From NCBI GenBank assembly GCA_963805855.1, contig CAWDVW010000007.1, positions 416,001 to 480,000 of the forward strand: a stretch of DNA of 64,000 nucleotides, in the 5' to 3' direction. Positions 1 to 8,951 of the stretch are shown here, one piece after another. Every line of letters begins with the position of its first letter. Positions within the stretch are counted from its first letter, which is position 1. Position numbers and translations under genes: made by a program. The notes beneath the pieces are model-generated. The model saw only the letters and a program-made list of their open reading frames with translations. It ran no database searches and was not told the origin of the DNA. The DNA comes from Candidatus Dadabacteria bacterium. Its GTDB lineage: Bacteria; Desulfobacterota_D; UBA1144; Nemesobacterales; CSP1-2.

Positions 1-198
1 TTTATCTGAAGTTTCATCTTGAATGGTCTTTAATTCCTTTACAGTCCCCCTTTCAACGGGCTCCTCGCTCCTGTAAGATTCCAGGATCTTTCGTCCCGCC
101 TTTTTTGCGATTGATATAGCTCCCCTTAAAAATCGTCCCTCGTTTTTCGAAATCCTTTTGTAAATCATATCTTCCATAATTCCCATTAGGTTTATCAT
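1..198 (-). CDS. Inositol monophosphatase (SuhB/CysQ-like) family protein, N-terminal part, runs off the window edge
   Basis: Manual translation MINLMGIMEDMIYKRISKNEGRFLRGAISIAKKAGRKILESY...ELKTIQDETSDK fits the IMPase N-terminal pattern (A..AA..AG..I...K..T..D..S). Not in the ORF track; exact start uncertain. Confidence 0.55.
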   Translation of the reverse strand, partial: MINLMGIMEDMIYKRISKNEGRFLRGAISIAKKAGRKILESYRSEEPVERGTVKELKTIQDETSDK

Positions 199-402
199 AC
201 ATAAAATTACTACGATACTTAAGTAAGCTTTCGCCGAATATGCGGATTATACATTCCCAAATCGTCAGAAAATCTGGGCAAACCGAAATCAGGAATCAGC
301 AGATGTCTGGCGGAAGAAATAGATTGGACCTTGAGTTTCAGTTATTGTTAATATGTTCTTAACTTCTCCTCAAATGATGAAGTGTAAGCGGAGGGATGTG
401 AA

Positions 403-1332
403 ATGAGGTTGTCGTACGCCCTGGCTTGGGTACTGATTTCCTTTTTTATTTTCAGAAATGTAGCCGCTCAACAGGATTTCATTCAAGAATACATTATATC
501 TGGTAAGACTATTGAAGTCGTTTTTGGTGCCTATGGGTTCACTAATTCCGAATGGATCGGACGATGTGAGCCTGAAATAGCCAGTAAATTATGCGGCAAA
601 ACATACACCGGGAATTACAATAAAGAGCTGCGTACATGGGAATTCAGTAAGCTCGATGAAGATACGGGAAACGTCGAAACATTCAGCTCCCAGGCATTAA
701 CAAAGGGTGATCCTGCTAACTACAGGATCTTAATTTGGGACGAGGAGTTTAGCTTCGACGAGAAGGGTAATGTCGTACACTCGGGCGACGGAAAAGTCGC
801 CCACATTTCGCCCGGCGATCTTACGCCGATAGCCCATAGACCCGAGACGGATGAAATCGGAAAAACAGATATTAGAAATTACAGACAGGAGGGAATTGAT
901 TTTCTCCAAGATTATGAATACCAGAAAGCAATAGAAAGTTTCGACAAGGCGTTAGAGGCAAACCCAATGGATAAGATTCTTTATTTTTACAGGGGTTACT
1001 CATATTTGAGATTAGAAGAATACGAAAAGGCGGTGGCAGACCTGGAAAAGGCGACAATCCTGGATCAAACTAATGCAGATGCATTTAGCAGCCTTGCAGC
1101 TGCATATCTGGAGCTAAAGGAATATGAAGATGTGATAAGAACCGCTACAAAAGCCATTATCCTTAACCCAAAGGACGCCGCTAGCTATTTCAATAGAGGT
1201 ATCGCATATAATTTCACACATAAATTTGATAAGGCTTACAGTGACTTCAGCGAGGTCGTTAGCCTGGAACCCACGAATGATGACGCGATCGTAAATCGGG
1301 ATTTGTTATTAAAAAAGGTTCAGAGCGAATAG
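403..1332 (+). CDS. Secreted tetratricopeptide-repeat protein
   Basis: Signal-peptide-like N-terminus (..VAA-QQ), an unrecognised N-terminal domain, then several C-terminal TPR units (YFYRGYSY..YEKAVADLEKA; YFNRGIAY). SD GGAGG upstream. Confidence 0.85.
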   Translation: MRLSYALAWVLISFFIFRNVAAQQDFIQEYIISGKTIEVVFGAYGFTNSEWIGRCEPEIASKLCGKTYTGNYNKELRTWEFSKLDEDTGNVETFSSQALTKGDPANYRILIWDEEFSFDEKGNVVHSGDGKVAHISPGDLTPIAHRPETDEIGKTDIRNYRQEGIDFLQDYEYQKAIESFDKALEANPMDKILYFYRGYSYLRLEEYEKAVADLEKATILDQTNADAFSSLAAAYLELKEYEDVIRTATKAIILNPKDAASYFNRGIAYNFTHKFDKAYSDFSEVVSLEPTNDDAIVNRDLLLKKVQSE

Positions 1333-1697
1333 ATGAATCCTGAAATATCGAGTTCCACTCGGGTTTTGTCAACGTTTAAATGGTTTTGAAGATGCCGGGT
1401 ATAAATCGAACTTCAACTAATACTTTACTGGTTAATTTTTAGATGAAAACTAAGAATGGGATAAGATACTTATATTGGAATGCTAAGAAAAAGATTTAGC
1501 TTCTTGTACGAAATCTAGGAGGAATTTAATAAAGATTCTAATAGATTACATTACGTATATTAATGCTTAATATTAGCGTGTGGGTATAATTATCCTGATT
1601 TATGAGACTTTAATGTCAAATATTAAAAGTTAAATAAATATGTTAATAGTGTTTATCGAATATTAGGTCTCATTCTCCAGGCATAAGAAAATTCATT

Positions 1698-2390
1698 ATG
1701 TTAAAGGCAATACTCTTCGACTTTGATGGAATTATTGTTGATGCCGAACCCGTTCACCTGACGGCTTTTCAGGAGGTCTTGGGCTTGAACGGTATTTTTC
1801 TCTCCGAAGAGGAGTACTACGAAAGATATTTAGCGCTGGATGACAGGACGCTGTTTTCAAATATTCTAGGGGATAGGAACATGAATTTTGATGACTCCAC
1901 AATTGAGGATTTGATGGAAAAAAAATCCGAAACTTATGAAAAATTAATACGAGAGGACATTAAAATATTCCCCGGGGTTGTTGATTTTGTAAATTCGGTA
2001 TATAAAAAGTATCTTTTGGGTATTGGCTCTGGCGCCCTAAAGCATGAGATAGAATTTATACTAGATTATGTCGGGATAAAAGATAGATTTAGTGTGATCG
2101 TGAGTGCCGAAGATGTACAAAAATGCAAGCCTGATCCTGAGGTCTTCGTAAAAGCTCTTCTCAAGATGAATAAGAAACTTCGCCAAGGATCAAAGCCTAT
2201 ACACCCCTCTGAATGTTTAGTCATAGAGGATTCGTCTGCCGGCATCAGGGCCGCAAACCTTGCCGGGATGAGCACACTCGCAATAACTAACTCGTATTCG
2301 GCCTGCAAACTTTCCGAGGCAAACCTGATCGCCGCTAGCTTGCTAGAAGTGGAGATTGGGCACTTAGAAGAGCTATTTAAGATTCCATAG
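1698..2390 (+). CDS. HAD-superfamily phosphatase (beta-phosphoglucomutase/CbbY-like)
   Basis: Motif I FDFDG, KPDPE, and VIEDS..GI.AA. Confidence 0.9.
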   Translation: MLKAILFDFDGIIVDAEPVHLTAFQEVLGLNGIFLSEEEYYERYLALDDRTLFSNILGDRNMNFDDSTIEDLMEKKSETYEKLIREDIKIFPGVVDFVNSVYKKYLLGIGSGALKHEIEFILDYVGIKDRFSVIVSAEDVQKCKPDPEVFVKALLKMNKKLRQGSKPIHPSECLVIEDSSAGIRAANLAGMSTLAITNSYSACKLSEANLIAASLLEVEIGHLEELFKIP

Positions 2391-2481
2391 ATACAAAGCG
2401 TTAATCTTTGTAATAAAATGGGGGAGGTTGTAGACCAATCTTACTTTAAAATTTAACTAATATTACAAGTATAATTAAGTA

Positions 2482-3243
2482 TTATACGTAACCCGATGAT
2501 ATTAAATTAATTATTTCTGTAAATTTAGAAACTGTGTGATTAGGATGGTATTTTTGATCATAGATTTCTTCATCTTTTCTATTAATCCAAATAACATCCA
2601 TTCCGACCGCTTTTGCACCTACAACATCCGCATAATAATTATCGCCGACATATAAGGCGTCGGCGGGGCCTAAATTTAGCAGCTCCAGGGCCTTCAAAAA
2701 TATCTCAGGCCTCGGCTTTCTCCACCCTACTTCTACCGATATTACAACTCTTTCGAAGTACCTTCGTATATCAAATTTGTTTAGGAGCATGTAGGCTGCG
2801 GGAGCGTAGTCGAAATTTGAGATAATAGCCATCCTATCATTCTTGTCGAAAATAAGATCTAATACATCTCTGTTCTTCTCTGGAAACTCCATTGTGCTTG
2901 AAAGGCTCTTCATATGCGCCTTAACCATCTCATCTACTACCGGGTCGGCATCTGAACTTAATTCAATTCCTAAACTGCTCATCAGAATCTTGAACCTTTC
3001 CCCATTGTAAAATTCCTTATTGTCAATGGATTTTAGTTGTTGGAATGTTTCATAGCTTTCGATGAATGAAACATGAAATTTATCCCTATCGTATCCTTGA
3101 TAGTATTTTTGAAACACCTTATATACCTCGGTAAATGTCGAATTATGTTTCTCACCGTCTATAGAAAACTCCGGGAGACGAGATCGATTAAAATCAATAA
3201 GGGTATCGAAAAGGTCAAAGACGAATACTTTATAATCCTTCAT
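2482..3243 (-). CDS. HAD-superfamily hydrolase
   Basis: FDLFDTL, ISN, KPRPEIF and YVGDNYYADVVGA motifs. Confidence 0.9.
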   Translation of the reverse strand: MKDYKVFVFDLFDTLIDFNRSRLPEFSIDGEKHNSTFTEVYKVFQKYYQGYDRDKFHVSFIESYETFQQLKSIDNKEFYNGERFKILMSSLGIELSSDADPVVDEMVKAHMKSLSSTMEFPEKNRDVLDLIFDKNDRMAIISNFDYAPAAYMLLNKFDIRRYFERVVISVEVGWRKPRPEIFLKALELLNLGPADALYVGDNYYADVVGAKAVGMDVIWINRKDEEIYDQKYHPNHTVSKFTEIINLISSGYV

Positions 3244-3288
3244 AGAAATATACGAAATGTTTTATAAGAAAGGTTTGTTGGTGATGCT

Positions 3289-3675
3289 TTACTTAAATCC
3301 GTTGCCATTTGCCCTCTCGAGAACAACTTTAAGGATTTTATTATGTAACCCAAGAGGTGCGGTGACTCTGTATGAAACTTGCGGATGCTTTTTTGCGGCT
3401 TCTTTCACCATATTCGGTATATCCTGTGTTGAGTGTTTGCCCGGGAAGAGAAAATAGGGATGCACTATAATTTCGTCTGCGCCATCGGCTACGCATGCGT
3501 CGAAGGTCTGCGAGATTGTCGGCTCGGCGAGTTCCATGTGGGAGTAGCGCACTATTTCAAAGTCGCACTCATGGTCTTCTCTCAACATTTGTATGATTTG
3601 CACAAGCATATCATTTGCTTCATCCACAACACTGCCATGATCTACAATTATTAAAGCCCTTTTCTTTTTTTCCAT
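3289..3675 (-). CDS. Small CbiX/SirB-type sirohydrochlorin chelatase (single domain)
   Basis: IVDHGS, MELAEPTI, HPYFLFPGKH..DIP and PLG motifs. Start moved to the ATG at 3675 because the ORF-track extension lies in a heptamer repeat. Confidence 0.85.
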   Translation of the reverse strand: MEKKKRALIIVDHGSVVDEANDMLVQIIQMLREDHECDFEIVRYSHMELAEPTISQTFDACVADGADEIIVHPYFLFPGKHSTQDIPNMVKEAAKKHPQVSYRVTAPLGLHNKILKVVLERANGNGFK

Positions 3676-3721
3676 TTCGATATTTGAACTAACACAGAAT
3701 ACGCGAGGAAGACTATATCCC

Positions 3722-3756
3722 TCATCATGCATGGTGCATCATGTATCCTGCATCCT
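3722..3756 (-). repeat. Degenerate tandem heptamer repeat (GATRCAN)n
   Basis: Minus strand reads GATGCAG GATACAT GATGCAC CATGCAT GATGA just after the peptidase stop codon. Confidence 0.7.
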
Positions 3757-3758
3757 TT

Positions 3759-4907
3759 TCATTCCCCGCCGGCATTTAATTTTATTGTTTCTATAAGAAT
3801 CTCTGCGGCTCGATAAAATTCCTCTAACACAAGGTATTCATTGACGGTATGAAGCTCATACATTCCGGTACCCAGGTTAGCGCATTCGATACCCATTTGA
3901 TTGAAAAAGTTGGCGTCGCAACCTCCACCGCTGGTATGGTAGTTTATCTTATGTCCAAGGTCCTTAACTGCCCTGTCAATTATCTTTACAATCCTCGAAT
4001 CTTCAGGAACATCCATCTTGTCGTAACTTCTTTCAAAAACCTCCTCGACACTGGCAGCCTGATTCTGACTATCAAGAACTACCTCGTAGTTTGAGACCGC
4101 GTTTCTGATACATTCCATCATGTGATTTTTCTGGGCGACCAGTTTAGCTTCATTGTGGCTTCTGACCTCGCCTACGATTTTCACAAAATTGGGAACTATG
4201 TTTGTAGCGATACCACCCTTTATTACTCCGATATTAGCCGTGGTTTCGTGATCTATTCTACCAAGCTTCATTTTAGATATTGACTCGCTTGCAATCTTTA
4301 TAGCATTAATACCGTTTTCCGGACATAAACCTGCGTGAGCTTCGAGACCGTGTACGTGGAATTCCAGCCTCTCAGCAGACGGGCATCTGAGTACGAGGCG
4401 AGAAGGAGAGCTGCTGTCGAGAACTATTCCGTACCTCGAGGTGAATTTTGATATGTCCATATGCTTTGCGCCCAGAAGGCCTATTTCCTCGCATATAGTA
4501 AACGCGACCTCTATATCTCCATGCGGGATATCCCGCTGCCTCAGGGTCCGCAGCGCTTCGACTATTACGGCTATGCCGCTCTTATCATCGCTTCCGAGAA
4601 CCGTAGTACCATCGCTCTTAATAAAACCATTATCAATTCTTGGTTTAATTCCCTCCCCCGGACCAACGGTATCCATATGGGCAGACAGGAAGAAAGGCTC
4701 GATATTTGCTTTATTCCCCTTAATCTTTACAATCAGGTTCCCCGTATTTCCATTAACCTTATTGCCCGCGTCGTCGAAAAAGCACTCGGCGCCCAGGTCC
4801 TCCATGTCGTGTTTCAATTTTAGTGCAACTTCTCTTTCCTTCCGCGAAAGGCTATCGATCCTGATCAGATCCAGTACGTATTCGGTCATCCTTTCCTTCT
4901 CGATCAT
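3759..4907 (-). CDS. M20/M25/M40 metallopeptidase (peptidase T-like)
   Basis: SAHMDTV, LGSDDKSG, CEEIGL.GA, GGGCDAN and HTVNE motifs. Confidence 0.9.
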   Translation of the reverse strand: MIEKERMTEYVLDLIRIDSLSRKEREVALKLKHDMEDLGAECFFDDAGNKVNGNTGNLIVKIKGNKANIEPFFLSAHMDTVGPGEGIKPRIDNGFIKSDGTTVLGSDDKSGIAVIVEALRTLRQRDIPHGDIEVAFTICEEIGLLGAKHMDISKFTSRYGIVLDSSSPSRLVLRCPSAERLEFHVHGLEAHAGLCPENGINAIKIASESISKMKLGRIDHETTANIGVIKGGIATNIVPNFVKIVGEVRSHNEAKLVAQKNHMMECIRNAVSNYEVVLDSQNQAASVEEVFERSYDKMDVPEDSRIVKIIDRAVKDLGHKINYHTSGGGCDANFFNQMGIECANLGTGMYELHTVNEYLVLEEFYRAAEILIETIKLNAGGE

Positions 4908-5029
4908 TATTTCAGTACTACTCCACTTTTTATGGTTTTTATCAAATCAAGTATAACTAATTATTATTTGTCGGTTAAATTCAAATGAATAACCCTTGGG
5001 TAGGTTATCAAAACATAAAAACGCCTGAA

Positions 5030-5660
5030 CCGTCATTGCGAGAAACGTTGTGCTTCGAAGCAATATCCTTCGGCATTGGCAGAGCGTTTGATTATCCATT
5101 CCATTATAGGATTAACCTAGCAGATTGCTTCGCCAGCCGTTCGCTGTGCTCCGGCTTAGGCTCGCAATTGTAAATGTTAGATATTTCGTGGACAAAATCC
5201 TAACAAGAATAAATTTCCTGGAAATCTGCTTATCCGTCATCCTCGAATGTTTTAATCGGGGATCCATTGTTTAATCTTTCATTTTCTTTGTCTTGATACA
5301 AAGAAACAAAAATCAAGGGCTTACAAAAAATTAGGAATTATTAAATCAATTCCTCCAGCTAAAAATATTTAATCCAACCACAACCCCAAATCTTTTTTTA
5401 ACGCTGGAGGAATTGATTTTGGCAATTTTTTGAATGCCCGTTTAAGAACTAAGATACTGTCCCCGAATTACGTAACATCTACAGCAATGACAGGAATATG
5501 GCGTGTCATCGGGAAAAGGAAACCACGAAGCAATCTCCTCCACCTCTGGCAGAGCATTGTGTTTTAGTTGCGATTAAGGACTTTTTACTGTCATTGCGAG
5601 AAATCCCGAGCCAGATCGAAGGGCACGAAGCAATCTCCTAAAACATTGGCAGAGCGTCGC
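5030..5660. repeat. Cluster of REP-like palindromic units (GTCATTGCGAG...CGAAGCAATCTCC...GGCAGAGC)
   Basis: Copies at about 5032-5087, 5504-5559 and 5582-5657 (+), an inverted partner at 5123-5170, and a GTCATCC variant at 5235-5265. Confidence 0.8.
5283..5492 (+). repeat. Dispersed structured element, copy 1 (pseudoknot plus long hairpin)
   Basis: Collinear blocks shared with 26984-27290; internal inverted repeats AATCAATTCCTCCAGC/GCTGGAGGAATTGATT and GGGC..AAAAAATT/AATTTTTT..GCCC. Confidence 0.75.
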
Positions 5661-5725
5661 ACAACGTGTTTTCAATGTTAGGGGGTCAAGACAATCAACG
5701 AATTGGGCGTTTTCCCCACCGGCCA

Positions 5726-6523
5726 TTATAGGGCTTCCTCAATAAGCTGATGATCCTGCGTGAAGTATCTCCTAAATCTGAGATGCGTAAGTATAAAGGA
5801 TGAAGAAGCCACAGAGAACGCAATCATATACATTATGATGATCTGATACTTAACTGCTATAATAGGTGAAACACCCGAGAGGATTTGTCCGGTCATTATT
5901 CCTGGGAGAGACACTATTCCCACCACCATCATAGAGTTAATTGTTGGAATCATAGAAGCCTTCATCGCTGCTTTTATACACGAAGAAGCAGCCTGTTTGG
6001 CGGTTGCCCCCAGCGCCAGGTAGGCCTCAATCTCGCTTTTCTTATTCCTAATGTCCGAGTCAATTCTCTCGACCGCTAATGTGGCGCCATTCATGCTATT
6101 TCCGATTACCATACCTGCCAGCGGTATCAGATAATGTGGTTCATACCAGGGTTTTATTTGCAGGATGACCTGTGTGACCAGAAAAACGCTGATTCCCGAT
6201 CCTGTTGTCAGTGCGAAACCTACAAGGTACGGCAACTCCTTAGTGTGCTTTACCTGTCTTTGAGAAACTGTGATAGCAGCGATTATAATCATTACTGCGA
6301 TCGTAATAAGGATTATGTACCATCTATCTAAAGCGAAAATGTATTTTAATATATAACCTATAGCAACCAGTTGAATCAGGGTTCTCAGCGCCCCGATTGC
6401 GAATTCTCTTTCGAGCATCAAGTTTTGCCACCTTGACATTCCGATGGCTACAGAGATTAATCCAAGTCCGATGAGAAGATCTATATAGCTTATATTTACA
6501 AGCGTGTAATTAAACGCTTCCAT
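5726..6523 (-). CDS. fetB: Iron-export ABC transporter permease FetB/YbbM (UPF0014)
   Basis: R..IQL..IGYIL, IPLAGMVIGNSMN, LALGAT, GIVSLPG.MTGQILSG and AVKYQI motifs. Confidence 0.9.
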   Translation of the reverse strand: MEAFNYTLVNISYIDLLIGLGLISVAIGMSRWQNLMLEREFAIGALRTLIQLVAIGYILKYIFALDRWYIILITIAVMIIIAAITVSQRQVKHTKELPYLVGFALTTGSGISVFLVTQVILQIKPWYEPHYLIPLAGMVIGNSMNGATLAVERIDSDIRNKKSEIEAYLALGATAKQAASSCIKAAMKASMIPTINSMMVVGIVSLPGIMTGQILSGVSPIIAVKYQIIIMYMIAFSVASSSFILTHLRFRRYFTQDHQLIEEAL

Positions 6524-6525
6524 AT

Positions 6526-7236
6526 TTATACAGTAATCCCCTGTGTGTTATGAGTCCTGAAAAACTCCTCCGATAAACCCTCGTGCAGTATCACGCCGTT
6601 ATCTATCTGGATGATTTGTCCGCCAAAAAATCTCGCATGGGCGAGTTGATGAGTGACCATAATAACCGTGATCCCGATGAGGCTGTTCAACTGACTTATT
6701 GACCGTAACAGGCTTATTGCGGAAGTGTGATCCAGGGCAGACGTTGGTTCATCCAATAGCAGTACTTCAGGCTTGTTGATGAGCGTTCGTGCTATGCTCA
6801 GGCGTTGCTTCTCACCGACAGATAGCTCAGATGCTTTGCGTTCGAGAAAATCGACCTTGAGTTCAGACAACTTAAGAACATGCTTTATTTCGCTTTCATC
6901 AGGAGGGTTCTCAACAATCCCAAGTTCGTAAGGAACCATAAGGTTGTCCCTTACAGTTCCGTCAAACGTCACAGGAATCTGAAAAACCATTCCGACTTTC
7001 TTTCTGAGTTCGATAACCGGAATGTCTAAAATGTTTTGTTCATCAATCAATATATCTCCGGCAGTTGGATCATCCATCCGGTTCAGAAGCCTGAGGAGCG
7101 TTGTCTTGCCTGCTCCTGACGGACCCAGTATGTTGTATTTTTTCCCGGAGTGAAATTTGAGATTTATATCCCTTAGTATCGGAATCCCGCTTTTGGACTT
7201 GCCAACATCTCTTAGCTCAAATTTTATATTGCTCAC
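6526..7236 (-). CDS. fetA: ABC transporter ATP-binding protein FetA/YbbL-like
   Basis: Walker A GPSGAGKT, signature LSVGEKQR, LLLDEPTSALD; adjacent to fetB. Confidence 0.8.
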   Translation of the reverse strand: MSNIKFELRDVGKSKSGIPILRDINLKFHSGKKYNILGPSGAGKTTLLRLLNRMDDPTAGDILIDEQNILDIPVIELRKKVGMVFQIPVTFDGTVRDNLMVPYELGIVENPPDESEIKHVLKLSELKVDFLERKASELSVGEKQRLSIARTLINKPEVLLLDEPTSALDHTSAISLLRSISQLNSLIGITVIMVTHQLAHARFFGGQIIQIDNGVILHEGLSEEFFRTHNTQGITV

Positions 7237-7325
7237 TTAATCTCTTTTTTGAGTACAAGACCCAAGGCAAAGAAATTGTCTAACGCTCTTTTAAAAATAA
7301 TTATTCCCGTGCAACAAAGCCATTT

Positions 7326-7637
7326 TTAATCTATCAATTGTATGGCTTCATCGAACTCTTCTGCCATGCCCGGGTGACCGTGCTTGTACGCAGCTTCTAT
7401 CCCTTTTATATAAGCCTCTTTCGCTTCTTCCTTCCTGTCCAGCTTCAAGAGAGCCTCAGCCAGCATCCGGTACGCTGCCCCCTCATCGTCTTTTAACGTG
7501 AAATAAACCCTGATTTCATCTACAGCTTCCTTATACTTGCCCGCCTTGAAATATTCGTTAGCAAGTCCATACCTGTTCAGGGAATTACCTGGATTTTTTT
7601 CAACGAGCGCTTTGAAGGTTTCGATTCTATTTGTAAT
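7326..7637 (-). CDS. Small TPR protein, apparently with a non-canonical ATT (or ATA at 7643) start
   Basis: Open frame ITNRIETFKALVEKNPGNSLNRYGLANEYFKAGKYKEAV...AAYRMLAEALLKLDRKEEAKEAYIKGIEAA...ID*. No ATG/GTG/TTG between the upstream in-frame stop and the N-terminus; SD GGGAG upstream. Missed by the ORF track. Confidence 0.8.
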   Translation of the reverse strand: MTNRIETFKALVEKNPGNSLNRYGLANEYFKAGKYKEAVDEIRVYFTLKDDEGAAYRMLAEALLKLDRKEEAKEAYIKGIEAAYKHGHPGMAEEFDEAIQLID

Positions 7638-7685
7638 TGTTATTTGTCTCCCGTTTTCATTTTTTCGGATCGCATTCGAAAGAAT

Positions 7686-7713
7686 AATATATGAATTTCA
7701 TCCGTTAGTACAA
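7686..7713 (-). promoter_or_regulatory. Putative sigma70 promoter of the TPR-fetA-fetB operon
   Basis: TTGTAC-N16-TATATT on the minus strand. Confidence 0.45.
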
Positions 7714-7871
7714 AAATGAATTTAGCCTGCGAGCTCCTTGCTGCCTCTACAGGGCTTCCACTGTCCGATTATTACCTTTCGAGCGCAGCCTAGAGGGTCC
7801 TCGCGGGCGACTTCGATTAACTCAGTGCAGGCTCGGCGAAGCAATCCATGATCATTTGCGTAAATACAATC

Positions 7872-7899
7872 GTAGGGAACGCAGATCTGCGTTCCCTAC
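7872..7899. repeat. GTAG-type REP-like perfect palindrome
   Basis: GTAGGGAACGCAGATCTGCGTTCCCTAC, a 28-bp perfect palindrome followed by a T-run. Confidence 0.8.
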
Positions 7900-7925
7900 A
7901 TTTTTTTACATATAGTTTATTGGTA

Positions 7926-8045
7926 ACACTCTGCCTAGCGTGGAGTAGATTGCTTCGGAAAAAGCGTTTCTCGCAATGACAGTAAAAAATATTCAATGGT
8001 AGCGGGTGGGCAATGCTCTGCTAATGTTGAAGGAGAATGCTTCAG
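7926..8045 (-). repeat. Two inverted copies of the GTCATTGCGAG/GAAGCAATC/GCAGAG unit
   Basis: 7967-7988 is the exact 22-bp reverse complement of 5582-5603; 8011-8043 matches the GAAGCAATCTCC..GCAGAGCATTG tail. Confidence 0.8.
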
Positions 8046-8243
8046 GACTTTCTCAGTCCCTCCCAGCGCCGGGAAATTAAGAATTGACACAGTTGCATCT
8101 CCGATAGGTATGCGTTACGCTAAATGGATCGATAATGATTTTATGAAATAAGCTATACTCCTTCCGAGTAAAAATATATGATTTAAGAATTTAATTATAA
8201 TTCATAAAACAAGTTGACGAAGGTTCATTTAGGAGGTCACACC

Positions 8244-8750
8244 ATGTTAAAAGTTTATAGACTGGTCCACTTGACACTTTTTCTTTGTCTAACTGTCACG
8301 TTTATTAGCTGTGGAAAGAAGGCGGCCAAGCCAATTAATCCGGAATCATTACCCCCTGCATTCTCACAAACTCTTATTCTAAAAAACGAAACTGCGGATG
8401 AAGTTCATATATTCCCGGCGCCAGGCTCAATCGGTGAACCTTTGGTATTAAAACCCGGCGAATCGATCAGCATGAATTTTATGGTTAACAGAAAAGCTTC
8501 TCTAGACGAATCCGGCAATCCAACAGAAGGTGGCTGGACCGTAGAGATAGATAAGCAGCATAAGTTTCTTGGCATGAGAGACACCGATGGTCTTCTGCGG
8601 ATCAAAACCTCGAAGGGGGAGTTATGGGAGTATAAAATAGATTTGGGCAAGTGCTGGTTCGAAAATAAACCGCCGACCAAAGATCATGAGCTGACTATTC
8701 ATGAAAAAGGACCGGATCAGAGTGCTCCCGCTCTTGTACTGTGTGAGTAA
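8244..8750 (+). CDS. Hypothetical lipoprotein
   Basis: SD AGGAGG before the ATG at 8244; hydrophobic stretch ending in the lipobox-like FIS-C. Confidence 0.75.
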   Translation: MLKVYRLVHLTLFLCLTVTFISCGKKAAKPINPESLPPAFSQTLILKNETADEVHIFPAPGSIGEPLVLKPGESISMNFMVNRKASLDESGNPTEGGWTVEIDKQHKFLGMRDTDGLLRIKTSKGELWEYKIDLGKCWFENKPPTKDHELTIHEKGPDQSAPALVLCE

Positions 8751-8951
8751 CATTTAATAATAATTAGCACGGGAGGTTAGACCCCATATATTAAGCGTGG
8801 CTTTATGTGTTATGAGTGACTATTATCTTAAAAGTCTGTCGTTATTTTGATCTATAAATCTTCGTAATTTTATACAGAATTTGAAACAATACATCGGCGG
8901 CCAGCCTCGACTTATTCGATTTATAAATTCTCAAATGAAGAAACTCTCGTC

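Noticed and set aside
4985..5173. 62-aa ORF
   Set aside because: It is a translation of REP-like palindromes and has no protein-like features.
5030..5660. Possible CRISPR array or integron attC array
   Set aside because: Units are degenerate, irregularly spaced and in mixed orientation; there are no cas or intI genes and no clear attC core sites.
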